In this document: piece after piece, positions 25,486 through 41,100 of the stretch
Layout of the letters: the number at the start of each line of letters is the position of its first letter
How positions within the stretch are numbered: the first letter of the stretch is position 1
Source: a virus
IMG/VR virus record: IMGVR_UViG_3300047480_000598
Span: 98,336 to 162,335 of that record
Length of the DNA stretch: 64,000 nt
Reading direction: 5' to 3' (one strand)
Translations under genes and position numbers: made by a program
Notes under the pieces: generated by a model
Databases searched by the model: none
What the model was told of the DNA's origin: nothing
Seen by the model: only the letters and a program-made list of their open reading frames with translations

Positions 25486-28400
25486 ATGAGTGTTACAGCT
25501 AGACAGAATAAAATTTTAGTTACAGAAGATTGGAAAAAAATATATCAATCTTTTAAAAATGCTGATTTTCAAAGTTACGATTTTGAAAACTTACGCAGAA
25601 CGATGATAGATTATCTTCGAACAAATTATCCTGAAGATTTCAATGATTACATCGAAAGTTCCGAATATCTAGCACTTATCGATCTTATTGCGTTCCTTGG
25701 GCAAAGTATTGCATTTAGGGTAGATTTAAATGCTAGAGACAATTTCTTAGAGTTAGCAGAGCGAAGAGAAGCAATTTTAAGACTTGCAAGAACTATTAGC
25801 TATAATTCACGAAGAAATTCAGCAGCACAAGGATTATTAAAATTTTCAACCATTTCGACTACAGAAAGTGTTATTGATAGTAACGGTAGAAATTTAGCAG
25901 GACAATTTATTACCTGGAATGACTCGTCTAATGATAGCTGGTATGATCAGTTTATTAAGGTGATGAATGCAGCATTTCCTGCTACACAACAATTTGGAAA
26001 ACCTTCAGATAAACGTGTAATATATTCAATCCCAACCGAGCAATACAGATTTCAAAGCATCAACGTGGGTGTGCCAATTTACGGATTTACTAAAACAGTA
26101 TCCGGCCGCTCAATGAATTTTGAAATTACAAGCACTACATTTAAAGATCAAGATTTTATCTATGAGGAATCTCCTAGCTCCGGTAATACCCTGGCATGTG
26201 TGTATCGAGATGACGGAAGAGGTGCTGCAAGTCCTAGTTCTGGTTTCTTTTTAAATTTTGTTCAAGGTACATTAAATCAAGGTACATTTACTATTAATCA
26301 GCCGAGTACTAATGAGTCGGTAGACATCGATGCAATAAACATTAATAACACCGATGTCTGGTTATATAGATTAGATACTAGCGGGAACGAAGCCGAACAA
26401 TGGACTTCAGTGTCTAATTTTGAAGCAAATAACATCATTTACAATAGTTTGAACAAAAATATTAGAAATATATTTTCAGTTATAACAAAAGCAGGTGACC
26501 GAGTTAGTTTGCAGTTTAGCGACGGATTATTCGGAAATTTACCTTTAGGTGATTTTAAAACTTATTATCGAGTTAGCAACGGATTAGAATATACTATTAA
26601 TCCTCAAGATATTCGATCAGTCGCATTAACGATTCCTTACACTTCAAATACCGGACAAGTAGAAACATTAAGTATTACATTAAGTTTAACAAGCTCAATA
26701 TCTAACGCATCGTCTACAGAAACAAATGCAAGTATTAAGGCAAATGCACCGGCAACTTATTATACTCAAAACCGAATGATTACTGGCGAAGATTATAATA
26801 TTAGTCCGTTATCAGTTAATTCTCAAGTTGTAAAAATTAAGTCTCTAAACAGAATTTCTAGCGGAATTAGTAGATATTTTGACTTAGCCGATCCGACAGG
26901 AAAGTATAGTTCGGTGATGTTATTTGCTGACGACGGTGTTATCTACAGTGAAGAATACACATCAAAAATTAGATTTTCTTACAACTCAAAGACTGATATA
27001 GAAGGAATAATTTATAATCAAATATTTGAAATTCTAAGATCAGAAAGTTTAAAGAATTATTATTACCTAAAGTTTAACAAGTATATCATTTTAAGTCTTA
27101 CCGTTAAATGGAATAGACAAACGGAAGATTCAACCGCTTCGTCGGGGTCAATAATCGACGAAGCAGGTATAATTCGAAAAGTTGGATCATCATACACCGA
27201 TAATGATTTAAAGTATTTTACTCCTGGTGCATTAGTAAAATTTGAATGTGCAACTGGGTTTTATTTTGATACTCTAAATAATAACATAATAAAACAAAAT
27301 GCATCGAGCGAAATTATAGAAGGAGCAGTAACATCTCTGTGGGCAGAAGTAGTATCTGTGTACGACGACGGAACCGCAACAGGGACTGGAGTATTATCTT
27401 CCGGGTATGGGCCTATAGTCCTTAATAAAAACATTCCGTCAAATGCGATTATTACTCAATTAATTCCAAAATGGAAAACAACAATTGATTCGTCTGTAAT
27501 TACAACAATGGTTGATTTAATTTTTGCAAATAAACCTTTTGGTCTTAGGTACTCTGCAGAATTACAAAATTGGAGAATAATTTTTGAATCAAATTTAAAC
27601 TTGTATACTAACTTTAATTTAGGAAAACAAGGAGATTTAAGTAATACACAACAAGATTCTAGCTGGTTGATACTTTTTACAACAGATAACGAGTATTATA
27701 CTGTTAGATCAAGAAACCAGAGATATATCTTCGAAAGTGATAATCAAATTCAATTTTACTGCGACGAGTCGAACAAAATTTATGATAGTAAAACTAACTC
27801 GATAGTTAAAGATTTAATCAATGTACTGAGCATTAATACAGTACCGTCTTCGATTAATTCTTTTACAATTGATCAAAAATGGGATGTAGTATCTAGTTAT
27901 TATGGTATTGATGGTTACATAGATCCAAAGAAAATAGTAATATCATTTGCAGATTCAGACGATAATGGCGTAGTAGATAATCCAGATTTATTTACAGATA
28001 TTGTAACTCCGTATGTTGAAAAATTTGCAACAGGGGTTTTTGCAAGCAATGCTATCATTGTTGATACATCGGCGGGATTAGTAGTTGGGATGTCAGTATC
28101 TGGAACAGGCGTCGGAATAAATGCAAGAATTTTAGGTATTAGTACAATCGTAGTAGATAATGATGTAAAAACACAAGTAATATTGAGTAAAAATAATACA
28201 AGCAATGTTGATACTAAAGTGAAGTTTGAATTAATAACATATATCATTCAAGAAAAGTACAATATTTCAGTAGGACAAGAAGATTATCGATATGTTTCGA
28301 ACAATAATAAAGTAGTAATAATTGAAACAGATCCTGGAGTAAGTATCAATTCGATACCTTCGGAATATAAAAATAACGGGCAACATTTTTATTTTGTTGA

Positions 28401-29166
28401 TACAAAAGTAGTTAAAAAGATTAACGGAACATCGTTAGAACCTTCGTTAAATTATAAGGTATACGTTGGAAGAGATAATTTAAAATTCCAGTATGTACAT
28501 AGTGCCGATTATGAATCGAGAATTGATCCTAGTGCAACGAATATTATTGATGTATACATATTAACAAAAACTTATGATATACAATTTAGACAATATGTAG
28601 TAGGGTCGTTAACCGATAAACCATTACCTATGAGCACAGACGAATTATATAATTTAGTTTCGAAAGATTTAAATTTAATAAAATCAATATCGGACGAAAT
28701 CGTATATCATCCAGTGTCTTATAAGATATTATTTGGAGCAATGGCTGATGAGAATTTACAAGCAGTATTTCAAATAGTAAAAAATCCTAATCAAGTAATT
28801 TCTGACAATGATATCAAATCTAGAGTGGTAACAGCAATAAATCAATTTTTTACACTTGAGAATTGGGACTTTGGAGATACATTTTACTTTACCGAATTAT
28901 CGACTTATATCATGACACAATTGATACCGTACATAGCAAGTGTAGTAATTGTTCCGAGAAAAAGTGGTCTTACATTTGGTAATTTATTTGAAATAAAATC
29001 TGCAAGCGACGAGTTGTTCATTAGCGGAGCAACAGTTGATGATATCGAAATAGTTACAGGTCTTACGCCAAGTTCTTTAAAAGCAATTCAAAGCGATGAA
29101 TTAGGTTCAAGTGTGTTTTCTCAACAAAAAGTTTTAAGTTCAACATATGGAGTTTCAAATGGCTGA
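25486..29166 (+). CDS. gp6: Baseplate wedge subunit gp6
   Basis: Motifs DFQSYDFENLR, FNDYIESSE, FSDGLFGNLP and ANAPATYYTQNRMITGEDY; extended to 1226 aa. Confidence 0.85.
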   Translation: MSVTARQNKILVTEDWKKIYQSFKNADFQSYDFENLRRTMIDYLRTNYPEDFNDYIESSEYLALIDLIAFLGQSIAFRVDLNARDNFLELAERREAILRLARTISYNSRRNSAAQGLLKFSTISTTESVIDSNGRNLAGQFITWNDSSNDSWYDQFIKVMNAAFPATQQFGKPSDKRVIYSIPTEQYRFQSINVGVPIYGFTKTVSGRSMNFEITSTTFKDQDFIYEESPSSGNTLACVYRDDGRGAASPSSGFFLNFVQGTLNQGTFTINQPSTNESVDIDAININNTDVWLYRLDTSGNEAEQWTSVSNFEANNIIYNSLNKNIRNIFSVITKAGDRVSLQFSDGLFGNLPLGDFKTYYRVSNGLEYTINPQDIRSVALTIPYTSNTGQVETLSITLSLTSSISNASSTETNASIKANAPATYYTQNRMITGEDYNISPLSVNSQVVKIKSLNRISSGISRYFDLADPTGKYSSVMLFADDGVIYSEEYTSKIRFSYNSKTDIEGIIYNQIFEILRSESLKNYYYLKFNKYIILSLTVKWNRQTEDSTASSGSIIDEAGIIRKVGSSYTDNDLKYFTPGALVKFECATGFYFDTLNNNIIKQNASSEIIEGAVTSLWAEVVSVYDDGTATGTGVLSSGYGPIVLNKNIPSNAIITQLIPKWKTTIDSSVITTMVDLIFANKPFGLRYSAELQNWRIIFESNLNLYTNFNLGKQGDLSNTQQDSSWLILFTTDNEYYTVRSRNQRYIFESDNQIQFYCDESNKIYDSKTNSIVKDLINVLSINTVPSSINSFTIDQKWDVVSSYYGIDGYIDPKKIVISFADSDDNGVVDNPDLFTDIVTPYVEKFATGVFASNAIIVDTSAGLVVGMSVSGTGVGINARILGISTIVVDNDVKTQVILSKNNTSNVDTKVKFELITYIIQEKYNISVGQEDYRYVSNNNKVVIIETDPGVSINSIPSEYKNNGQHFYFVDTKVVKKINGTSLEPSLNYKVYVGRDNLKFQYVHSADYESRIDPSATNIIDVYILTKTYDIQFRQYVVGSLTDKPLPMSTDELYNLVSKDLNLIKSISDEIVYHPVSYKILFGAMADENLQAVFQIVKNPNQVISDNDIKSRVVTAINQFFTLENWDFGDTFYFTELSTYIMTQLIPYIASVVIVPRKSGLTFGNLFEIKSASDELFISGATVDDIEIVTGLTPSSLKAIQSDELGSSVFSQQKVLSSTYGVSNG

Positions 29167-32100
29167 TAGTAAGAATAATAAAAATGTTAAGAGTTCAAAT
29201 TTCTTACCGAATTTTTATAAAACTGATCCAAATAAAAAGTTTTTACAAGCAACACTTGATCAGTTAATACAGCCAGGAACTGTTAAAAAAATTAATGGGT
29301 ACATAGGTCGACAAAATGCTAAATCAACTAAGGTATCTGATATTTTTATTTCAGAAGCCACAAAAGATAGAGAACACTATCAATTAGAACCTAGTCTTGT
29401 AGTTAAAGATGATCTAGGAAATACTACATATTTTAAAGATTATTCTGATTATATAAATCAACTCGATGTATTTGGTGGAAATGTAAAAAATCATAGCCGA
29501 ATTAATTCTCAAGATTTTTATAGCTGGGATCCCCATATCGATTGGGACAAATTTGTTAATTTTCAAAATTATTATTGGTTACCTTACGGCCCTGAGATTA
29601 TCAATATTTCCGGACAACAACAAAATATTGAAACAACATATGATGTAGTAATCGAAAAAGATCCAGATTCACATGCGTATCTATTTTCTCCAAAAGGATC
29701 TCTTGGATTAGTAAGAAATCCAACAATTAAGTTGTATAAAGGAATTACATATAAGTTTCAATTTGAAAATATACAAGATGTATTTTTGATTAAAACTATT
29801 AGATCCGGCGAAAATCTTAACGAATACACAAGTGAAAATCTTACAACACGAACTTTAGAAAACGGTATTGTTGAAATAGAATTTTTAATCGATCATAATA
29901 CACCTGGAGTATTATATTATCTTAGTTCGACGGATATCGATGTAGGCGGAACATTTGAAATTTTATCAATTACAGAAAATACATTTTTAAATGTAGATCA
30001 AGAAATTTTAGGTAAGAAGACATATATTTTACCGAACGGAACTGCTTTGAGTAACGGAATGAAGGTTCGATTTGTAGGAAATGTAGAACCTGAAAGTTAT
30101 TCAATTGGGCAATATTATGTAGAAGGTGTAGGTGATTCGATCACTTTAGTTGATGAGAGAATTTTAGAAGTTGTAAGTTCTTATTCAGATTCTCAATCAA
30201 TTTTATTTGATAATACCCCGTTTGATTCTCTTCCGTTCAATGATGCTACAGAGTTTGCTGGAACTCCGGATTATATTGTAATTAATAGAAGTAGCATCGA
30301 TAGAAATCAATGGTCGAGGTATAATCGATGGTTCCATAAAGATGTTATTGAAGAAAGTGCAGTTTATAATGGCCAAATTCCTAATTTGAGTCAGACATCG
30401 AGAGCTGTTCGTCCTATTATTGAATTTGAAGCTAATTTGAAATTATTTAATTTTGGAATCCAGGCAACTCTTGATATTGATCTTATTGATGACTATACAA
30501 CTGATGTATTTTCTAATATCGAAGGACAGTTAGGATATAATATCGATGGAATACAATTAGCGCAAAATCAAAAAATTCTATTTGTCGCTGATAACGACAT
30601 ATTAGTTAAGAACAAAATTTTTCAAGTAGAATTTTTAACATTAAATGGTACACGCCAAATTCATTTAAATTTAATTGCAACTCCGTCTGATATGGATGTG
30701 GCATTAATTAGAAACGGTAAAACAAATCAAGGAAAAATGTATTGGTTTGACGGAGCTACATGGATTCAAGGACAACAAAAAACAGAATTAAATCAAGCTC
30801 CTTTATTTGATCTAATAAATTCAAACAAGGAATTTTTGAGCGATTCGGATGTGTATGACGGGTCAACATTTGCAGGAACAAAAATCTTTTCTTACAAAGC
30901 AGGGTCGGGAAACATCGATTCTAATTTAGGATTTGCATTGTCATACAAAAATATTGAAAATATAGGAGATATTGTTTTTAATTTTAATTTAGAAACTGAC
31001 ACTTTTCAGTATAAAGATATCGTAAATCTTAAAACCCTTAAAGTTAACACAGCTTATTTGATTAAAACTATTAATAATAAATCAACGTATGTTAATGGTT
31101 GGCAGACAGCATCGGTATCTAATATTCAGCCAGGTGTTAGAATATATAAAGATTCAAAAATAATTAATGCTTCAAATATTGTTAAAGGAAATACTTATAC
31201 AATTATTGAGTTAGGAGATACTGAGTTTACTGATTTAGGCTCAGTAAACAACTATATAGGAACTACATTTGTTGCATCTAAAACCGGAAGTGGTACAGGA
31301 AAAGTAATTAATAAAACATTTGAGCTAGATTTATTTGAAGATATTAATAACTTAGCTGATTTAGTTTTGCGGGTATATGTTAATGGTATCCGAGTAGATC
31401 AGTATACATCGAAAACCGGCCCGGCAAACTGGTCAATCGAAGACGGGGTCGGTTATAAAAAAATTAATTTTAATTATGATATTAAAGGCGACGATGTTAT
31501 AACATTTAAAGCATTTTCGTCACAACCGATTAATAACAACGGTTATTATGAAATACCTATCAATCTTCAAAATAATCCATTAAACGACAGTATACAAGAA
31601 CTTACACTAGGTGAAGTAATTGACCATGTTACGTCGATTGCGGAAAATTTGTCTGGATTTATCGGATTTACCCCGGGAAGTAATAACATAAGAGATTTAG
31701 GTAATGTTACAAAATATGGTACAAAGTTTGTACAACATACCGGCCCATTAGGGTTGTCTATGTACCATATTACCTCAGAAACAAATAATATTATTAAAGC
31801 ACTAGAAAAGTCTCGAGATGATTATAATAGATTTAAAAGAAATTTTTTAACAGTAGCGGAAACGTTAGGTATCGATGCTGATTCGATTACTTTAGTTGAT
31901 TTAATATTACAAAAAATTAATAAGGACAAGCCGGACACATTCCCTTACTACTTTAGTGACATGGTTCCGTATGGAGCAAATGTAAGAAACGAATATCAAA
32001 TTTTAGATTATCGAATAAAGACTTATCCGTTGACTGAAATATTTAATTTAAATGAATTATCAAACAAAGCAGTATTAATATATTATATCGATCGTGAGTT

Positions 32101-35100
32101 AGATACAACTACACAACTAGTATACGGACGAGATTATTCTTTTGATAGTCAAGGGTTTGTTGTTATTAGTTCTGAACTTAAAAATGATGATACTATTGTC
32201 ATTTATGAATACGATAGTACACACGGGTCATTTGTTCCTGCAACTCCAACAAAACTAGGATTATGGCCGAAATATCAACCTATGATTTATACAGATACTA
32301 CGCTATTAACTCCTAGAGTTATGATTCAAGGTCACGATGGTAGTCAAATTTTAGCATACAATGATTATAGAGATGAGTTAATATTAGAATTAGAAAAAAG
32401 AATTTTTAATAACATTAAAGTCTCTTACGATCAGACAATTTTTGATATTAATGATGTAATACCTCAGTATCATAGATCGTCTCTTTATAGCTTAAAAGAA
32501 TTTAATGAAACATTAGCACCTAGTTTTTATAAATGGACAAGTTTAATTGATAGAGACTTTTCAAAGCCGTTGAGTTACGATCGTCAAGATCCTAAGACAT
32601 TCAATTATCGAGGTCAAGCAGCACCTGACGGAAGAGAAGTTCCGGGATATTGGAAAGGAATCTACTTATGGATTTTAGGAACAGATCGACCTAATTTATG
32701 TCCTTGGGAGATGCTCGGAATTTATGAAAAACCTACATGGTGGGAAGATTTATACGGTCCAGCTCCTTACACTAGTGATAATCTAATATTATGGAATGAT
32801 CTTTCAAATGGCATTATTCGAGGAACTAGTGCAGTTCCTACAATTTCTGAAAAATATAAAAGACCATATTTAATTGATCATATTCCGGTCGACGGACACG
32901 GAAATATTATTAGTCCTATTGAATCCGGTTTAGCACTTGGAATTATAACACAAGCAACATCTGGTGATTTTGTATTTGGTGATGTTAGTCCTGTCGAATC
33001 TGCATGGAGAAGAAGTTCTTTCTATCCTTATAGTGTTATATTAACATCGATGTTGCTATATCCTGCTAAGACATTTGGGCTGTTATTAGATAGATCTAGA
33101 ATTATTCGAAATCTTGCCGGTCAATTAATTTATAAAGATACCGGTGTTAGAGTTAATGCAAAAGACATTATGCTACCTAGTATATACTCTAGCTCATCAA
33201 CGGTATACACATCAGGGATCATTAACTATCTTGTTGATTATATTTTAAGTGATAATTTAAAATCTTATAATGTTTATCGATATGAATTAAAGAATTTAAC
33301 AACAAATATGTCTTATCGCATCGGTGGATTTACTAGTAAAGAAAAATTTAAACTGTTGTTAGATTCTAAAACTCCTCTATCATCTGGAAGTGTGTTTATA
33401 CCGTCTGAAGATTATGATATTATTTTAAACTTATCATCTGCAATAAAGAAAATAACATATAGTGCAGTTATTGTTACTAAACTTGAAGACGGATACGAAT
33501 TAAAAGGATATAGTAGAACACAGCCATATTTCAAATATTATCCATGGTACAATTCGGGTTATAATGTAAATGTTGGAGGTATTTCTAATTCTTATTTTAT
33601 TTGGACTCCGGGCGAAAAATATCGATCAGGAAACATTGTAAAGTATAATAATTCTTTTTATAGAGTTACTACTCCGCATATAGCAAAAGAGGAAATTGAT
33701 TTACAATATTGCGAACTATTACCGTCTTTACCTTATGTTGGAGGTAGTGATGCAATATTTCGAACAAAGTGGGATCGAGATGAAGAAATAATATTCCCTT
33801 ATGGTACTAAGTTAAAAACAGTTCAAGAAGTAGTCGACTTTTTATTAGGATACGGAGAATGGTTAAAAGATCAGGGATTTGTATTTGACGAGTTTAATAA
33901 ATCTTTAAATGCTGTTACTAATTGGGAAACTAGTGCTAAAGAATTTATGTTCTGGACTACACAGAATTGGTCAACAGGACAGGATAAATGGCAAGATTGG
34001 TTACCGAACAATTCCTACAAGTATATGGAAATTGTAAAATATAACGGTGACTACTATAAAGCGATACGAACTACAGATCCGTCTCCGATATTTAACGATG
34101 ACGAATTTGTAAAATTAGACGGATTAAGTACTATCGGAAGTTCAGTTCTAGCACTAAGCCCGGCAGCAAATAGCATTGTGTTTTCAACTCAGTTATCTGT
34201 AGTCGACGATATAAGAAATTCGTTTAACGGATACGAAATATTTACAGTAGATGGATTACCGTTAGCACCGAGTTTTATCAATTCGTATAGAGATGATAAT
34301 TTAGTTACATATATTCCGAAAGAAAACAACGGTATTTATTGTGCTACATTTTACTTAAAACAACAAGAACAAGTAGTTATCTTAAACAATAATACAATGT
34401 TTAATGATACCATTTATAATCCAGTTAGCGGATATCGTCAAGAAAAAATTAAGGTAGCAGGATATAAAACTACAAGTTGGAACGGATCATTTAATGCTCC
34501 TGGATTTATTTTTGATAGAGCTATTATACAAGAATGGGAACTATGGAACGATTACAATTTAGGTGACATAGTAAAATATAAAGAATTTTATTATAGTGCT
34601 AAAACATTCTTGCCGGGTGTAGCTACCTTTAATCCAAATAATTGGATAAAATTAGACGAAAAACCGTCTTCAAGATTAATACCAAATTGGTCATATAAAG
34701 CAAGCCAATTTGAAGATTTTTATAGTTTAGATAGTGATAATTTTGATATTGATCAGCAAACAGTTGCACAACATTTAGTAGGATACCAAAAAAGACAATA
34801 TTTAAGTAATATTATCAAAGATGATGTATCTGAATTTAAATTTTATCAAGGAATGATTACTGAAAAAGGCACACATAATTCTCTTAATAAATTGTTTGAT
34901 GTATTAAGTGCCGATAATCAAGAAAGTATTGATTTTTACGAAGAATGGGCAGTTAGGACAGGTAATTATGGTGCAATTAATGCGTTTAATACAATCGAAT
35001 TTGTATTAGATGAATCGTTATTTAGAACTAACCCGCAAAACTTAGAGTTAAGCGAAAATGTTTCCCAAAGTAATATAGCTGATTTAGTTATAAGACAGGG

Positions 35101-38100
35101 AGTAAATGATGTTTATTTAAAACCTATTGGTTATAATTCTAATCCATGGCCTATCAGAACTAGTAATTCTACATATCTCCGTACTCCGGGATTTGTAAGA
35201 ACTAGTGATGTTCAATTTATTTTTAGAAAATTAGAAGATCTATTATGTTTAGACGAATGGAGCCTTGATGTACTTTATAATTATAAAGATACAGTAAATT
35301 ATGATGGTAAGAGGTATGTTTCTCTTACCACTAATCGAGGATCGGTCCCGAGTATTGAACAATCTAATTGGGAAGAATTCACAATACAACAATTTAAAAA
35401 TCGAGATTATATATGGTGCGGATTTGAAAATACATCTTGGGATGTGTATCGATTTACCCCAAAGGATGTTTCTATCATAGATGTGACTTTAATCGGCACT
35501 ACTGCAACTATTCAATTAGACCGATTAGTAAGTTATAATGAAGGAGACATTATCGGAATTTATGGATCTGAGATCGAAGGATTTTATAAAATAGATTCAG
35601 TTTCGTTAGATACATTTAATATTACATTACAGGCTACAACATTGCCCGATACTATTAGTGTAACTTCTATAATTATTGTTGGACTTGACCAACAAAAATT
35701 AGATACAATCGACGATCTTAATGAAACTATAGAATCTTTTGAAGAAAATGATTTAATATGGACCTTAGACTCAGGAGACGGAAAATGGGCAACATGGAAA
35801 AGAAATTCTGTTTATGAATCTAATGATATTCTTAATCCGTCTCCTCAAGAAGTAGAAATTGATAGCGTATCAACTATTGTTACCTATGGGAGAAAACTAG
35901 CACTTAATCATAGAAGTGATGTTTTAGCAGTTTCGAACTCATTAGGCGAAATTGTTATTTTAAATAAGTTAAGTCCTAATACTCCGTGGATACAAAAACA
36001 AACAGTAGTTCCTCCTTTTATCTCTAAAAAGGTCGGATTTGTATATCCTACAGAAGATAGCGAAACCGGTGATGTTATTGGATTATCTAATAATGACTTA
36101 TGGTTAGTTACAGGAACCCCGACAGCATCAAATGTTTGCACAAATTACGTCGGACAGTGGAATATCTCAGTAGAATATGTAACTAACAACATTGTAAAGT
36201 CGGATGGTGTCTATTACCGTGCTAAAAGTAATGTTCCTGTAGGTAATTCTCCTGAAGAAAATACTTCGTATTGGAAGAAATTGTATTATCTACCGATAGA
36301 ACAGTCAGGAACTAATTCGGCATTTACACAACAAGGTGTTATTACAATTTATAGAAGAGATGCAAACAAATTATACACAGTATTAGATACAATTGCCAGT
36401 CCAAATCTTGCATCGAATGAAAAATTTGGCACAAATGTTTCTATAAAAGAAAATGAGCTTTTTGTAAGCGCAATTGGCCATTCAACTAACAAAGGAATAG
36501 TATATAGATATTCATATATTGATCGAGTCGAAGCCTCGGCATATTACAATCCGGTTAATAGTGGTGGATCAACTATTACAGTTTCAAGTACTGAAAACAT
36601 TGAAGTTGGGATGAAATTAAAAGGTACAGGCTTTGACCCAACATACGTAGTAGTTCAAATAATCGATTCTACAACCTTACTGTTAAATCAAGAGCCGAGC
36701 GATACTCCGTCTGGATTAATTGAGTTTTATTATACTTTGTGGGGATTTACACAAGCACTCGAATTCCCGCTAACTACGACAACAAATGATAGTTTTGGGT
36801 ATGCTATTGATCTTAGCAATGATTTATCTACTTTGGTAATATCGTCGATAAACAACACTAATGTGGGAAAAGTGTTTGTTTATAATAAAGTTAACGATAT
36901 ATTTGTGCTGGCTCAGACCATCTCAACATCTACAAATGATAGATTTGGGAATAGCCTAGCATTATCTGACGACGCGATGTACTTAGCGGCATCGTCTACA
37001 GAATACGACGGATTGAGCCTTAAACAAGGACTTGTTAGCATCTATTCTAGAGAAACTGGTGTTTATGTAAAAGAACAAAATATCGTTGACACTAATCCAA
37101 AAGAAAGATTACCGGAATTTTTCGGAAGTAAAGTTTTCTTTATGAACGATTCTAAAACATTAGTAATTTACAGCTCTAAAGCAGATGTATACGTTCCTAC
37201 TACATATGATACATATTCAGTAACATTTGATGAGTTTGAGTTCATTGACGAGACACACACTCCGTCAACTTATCAAACGTCGACATATGTAAACGATCCT
37301 AATTCTCCTAAAATTGACTCACCGACTACTTTTGATAACGAATTAACAAGATTTACAAAAAGTTCTAAGTATGACAGCGGAAGAATTGATGTATACGATC
37401 GATATGCAACTAAATGGGTATTCAGCGAAAGTATTAATCAAAATTTAGATGAAATCGATAACTTTGGTGAGGGTATTGCAGTAGGCAGTAATTGTATATT
37501 AGCAAGTGCACCGAATGCAATTGATAAGAACATAAGATCTGGTAAAGTTTTTGAATATGCAAAAAGAAATAATGATTACACTTGGAAAAAAGTACATTAT
37601 CAAGAAAGTTCGGTTGATGTTACAAAGATTAAACGAGCATTTTTATATAACAAATCAACTAATCAATTAGTAAAGTACCTTGATGTATTAGATCCTGCTC
37701 AAGGAAAAATTCCGGGAATTGCAGATCAAGAAATTAGATTTAAAACTTTTTATGATCCAGCAATATATTCTACAGGCACTTTAGATGTTACTGTTGACGA
37801 AGGAATTTCGTGGAACAAGTCGAAAGTTGGTCAGTTATGGTGGGATTTAAGAACAGCAAAGTTTATCGACAGTTATAGTAACGATTCGATTTATAAAAAT
37901 AGCAACTGGAATAGATTATTCCCAGGGGCAAGTATTGACATTTATGAATGGGTAGAAACTACATTACTTCCTTCGGAATGGGATGAGTTAGCGGATACTG
38001 ATGCAGGAATTACAGACGCTATTAGTGGTCAGAGTTTATACGGAGATTTGGCATATTCATCTATAAAAACATATGATAAAATTAGTAGAAGTTATACAAC

Positions 38101-41100
38101 TACCTATTATTATTGGGTTAAAAATAAAAAGACAGTTCCGAACATTCGTTCTAGATCTTTATCAGCTGAAGATGTTGCTAATTTAATAGAAAATCCAAGA
38201 GGTGAAGGGTATTCGTATATCGGATTCACAGGATCCAACTCGCTTAGTATCTCAAATGTTAAATCTCTATTAAGAAATAAAGATATTATTTTATCTGTAG
38301 ATTATTGGACAGTTGATAATATTAAGCAAAATATCCATTCAGAGTGGAAAGTAATTAGTACTGATATTAGAACTACTTTACCTAAACAAATCGAAGAAAA
38401 ATGGTATGATAGTTTATGCGGGAAGGATCATAACGGTCGAGAAGTTCCGGATATGACATTACCGTTAAAAGTTCGATATGGTATAGAAAATAGACCACGA
38501 CAAGGAATGTTTATTAATAGATTCGAAGTGTTAAAACAAATAATTGAAGAAACGAATAGAACACTATTAAAGTATCAGATAGCAAAAGATAGAGATTTAT
38601 CGAAGTTAGAAACATATGATGTTATTCCAAGTCCTGTACAAGGATTCTATGATATAGTTCTTGATACTGATTCTGAATTAAGATTTGCAGGAGCAGGAGC
38701 ATTTTTTGAACCAGAATTAACACCGGTTATTGTTAATGGAAAGATTGTGTCAGTAACAATTAGTGATTCGGGGTCTGGGTTCGGAAGACTTAGTCCGGTA
38801 GAGTATGATATAAACGGAAACGCAGTTTTATGGGACGGTCCGTTGGTTGTAGTTAATGGTTCAGGAGTAGATGCAGAAATTAAAACTTTCGTTAATTCAA
38901 GAGGGCAGATATCGTTAGTTGAAATAATTTCTTCGGGATACGGATATTTAGATGTTCCTAATACTACTATATCGATTAGAAGTTTCTCTGCATTAGTAAC
39001 TAATGACAGTCAAAATGCCGGTGGATGGTCAATATATGCTTATGACTTAACTACTAAACTTTGGTCAAGAATCAAAGCTCAATCATATGATACTAGAACA
39101 TATTGGGAATATATCGATTGGTTTGAAGAGGGATATAATCAATTTGTAAGTTTCGATCATGCAATTGATACTTTTTCAGAATTAAATTCTCTCGAAACTT
39201 CTATTGGCGATATTGTTAAAATTAGAAGAACCGGTGATAATAAGTGGATACTGTTAGAAAAGTATAATACTTCGGATTCAAGTGATTGGACACAATCATA
39301 CCGTACTGTTGGATTACAAGAAGGTACCATTCAATTTAAGTCTTCGATATACAAGTACATTGATTCTATATACGGATATGATGGATCATTATATGACACA
39401 CAAGGATTTGATGATTATGCAGCGATTGAAATTAGATACATTTTAGAAGCATTGCGAGATAATATTTTTATCGACAATTTAAAAGAACAGTATTTAAATT
39501 TATTCTTTACATCAATTCGATACTTATTAAGTGAACAATTATATGTTGATTGGATCTTTAAAACTAGTTTTGTAAAAGCAAGACATAATGTTGGAGAGTT
39601 AAAAGAGAAAGTTACTTATAATAACGATAACTTATCAGATTTTGAAGCATATGTTGCTGAAGTAAAACCTTATAGGACTCAAATTAGAGAATATATAAGT
39701 TCTTACAACAAATTAGATAATAGTTATACAGCCTTTACTGACTTTGACTTACCATCTGTGTATGAAAACGGAAAATTAGAACCAGTAAATGTTGAAGTTA
39801 TTAATGGAGAAATTGTATCAAATACAAATCAAATTCTAACATACCCGTGGAAATTTTGGTATGATAATGCAGGATTTAAAGTAACTGAAATAAAAATAGT
39901 AGACGGAGGTTCTGGATATTTGTCAGCACCGACTTTAACATTTAATAGTTTATCCGGAAGTGGCGCAGTTGCAAAAGCATATATTACTCAAGGAAAAGTT
40001 AATCGAGTTATATTAATAAGTTCCGGAGAAGGATATTTAAGTGCTCCGACGATTGAAGTAAATGGAAGTTTAGAAGACGGCGGTACTCCGGCTAAAATTG
40101 TAGCTATTATCGGTGATAGTGTAGTTAGGTCAAATCATCTTAAAATGAAATTTGATCGAATTACAAATTCATATTACCTAACTTCTTTACAACAAACAGA
40201 GACATTTACTGGAACAGGATCAAGATTGCAATATCCATTAACATGGGCTCCGGATATTCGAATTGGAAAATCTACTGTTCTTGTTAACGGAATTGAAGAG
40301 TTAAGAGAAAACTATAGATTATCGATAGTTAAATCTACTTCAAGAGGGTATACTAGTTATAGCGGATCGATTATTTTTGAAACACCGCCGACAAGCGGAT
40401 CGTCTATATCGGTGACTTATCTAAAAGATTGGTCTATATTAAATGCGGCTGATAGGATACAATATTATTACAATCCGACCGAAGGGCAGTTAGGTAAAGA
40501 TTTAGCTCAATTAATGACTGGAGTTGATTACGGCGGCGTTGTTATCAACGGTATGGGATTTGATGTAAGTTTTGGTTGGGATAGTGTTCCTTATTATTCA
40601 GGAAAGTGGGATAGTTATGATGGATCTTTTGATGACTACATAGAAACAGTATCGGCAGATAAACACATTTTTACGTTACCGTATATCCCAGATCAAGGTG
40701 TTGAAATTAATGTTTATTATTCAACATTAAAGACATTCATAACAGATATTACAAGTGAAAATAATAATACAACAGTATTTTCTTATGATCCAGTTGTAGT
40801 ATATCCTCCTAAAGTTTCTGTTACTAAAACAGCTATAACTAATGTAATCAATTATAAAGGATTTACACAGTTTACAGTAGTTGACTCGACAGGAATTAAA
40901 ATAGATGATGTAATATCTACAGATCCAGTATTAGTTGACGGAGATTTACAGAACCCGTTCGGATTTGGCACCAAAGTAATTGATATTGTAGGTAATGTTC
41001 TTATTCTAAGTCAGATCTTCTATATTGATATTCCTTCCGGAAGAACAATTACATTTACAAGAGAGTTAATTGATCCGACAGATTGTACTATAAATCAAAA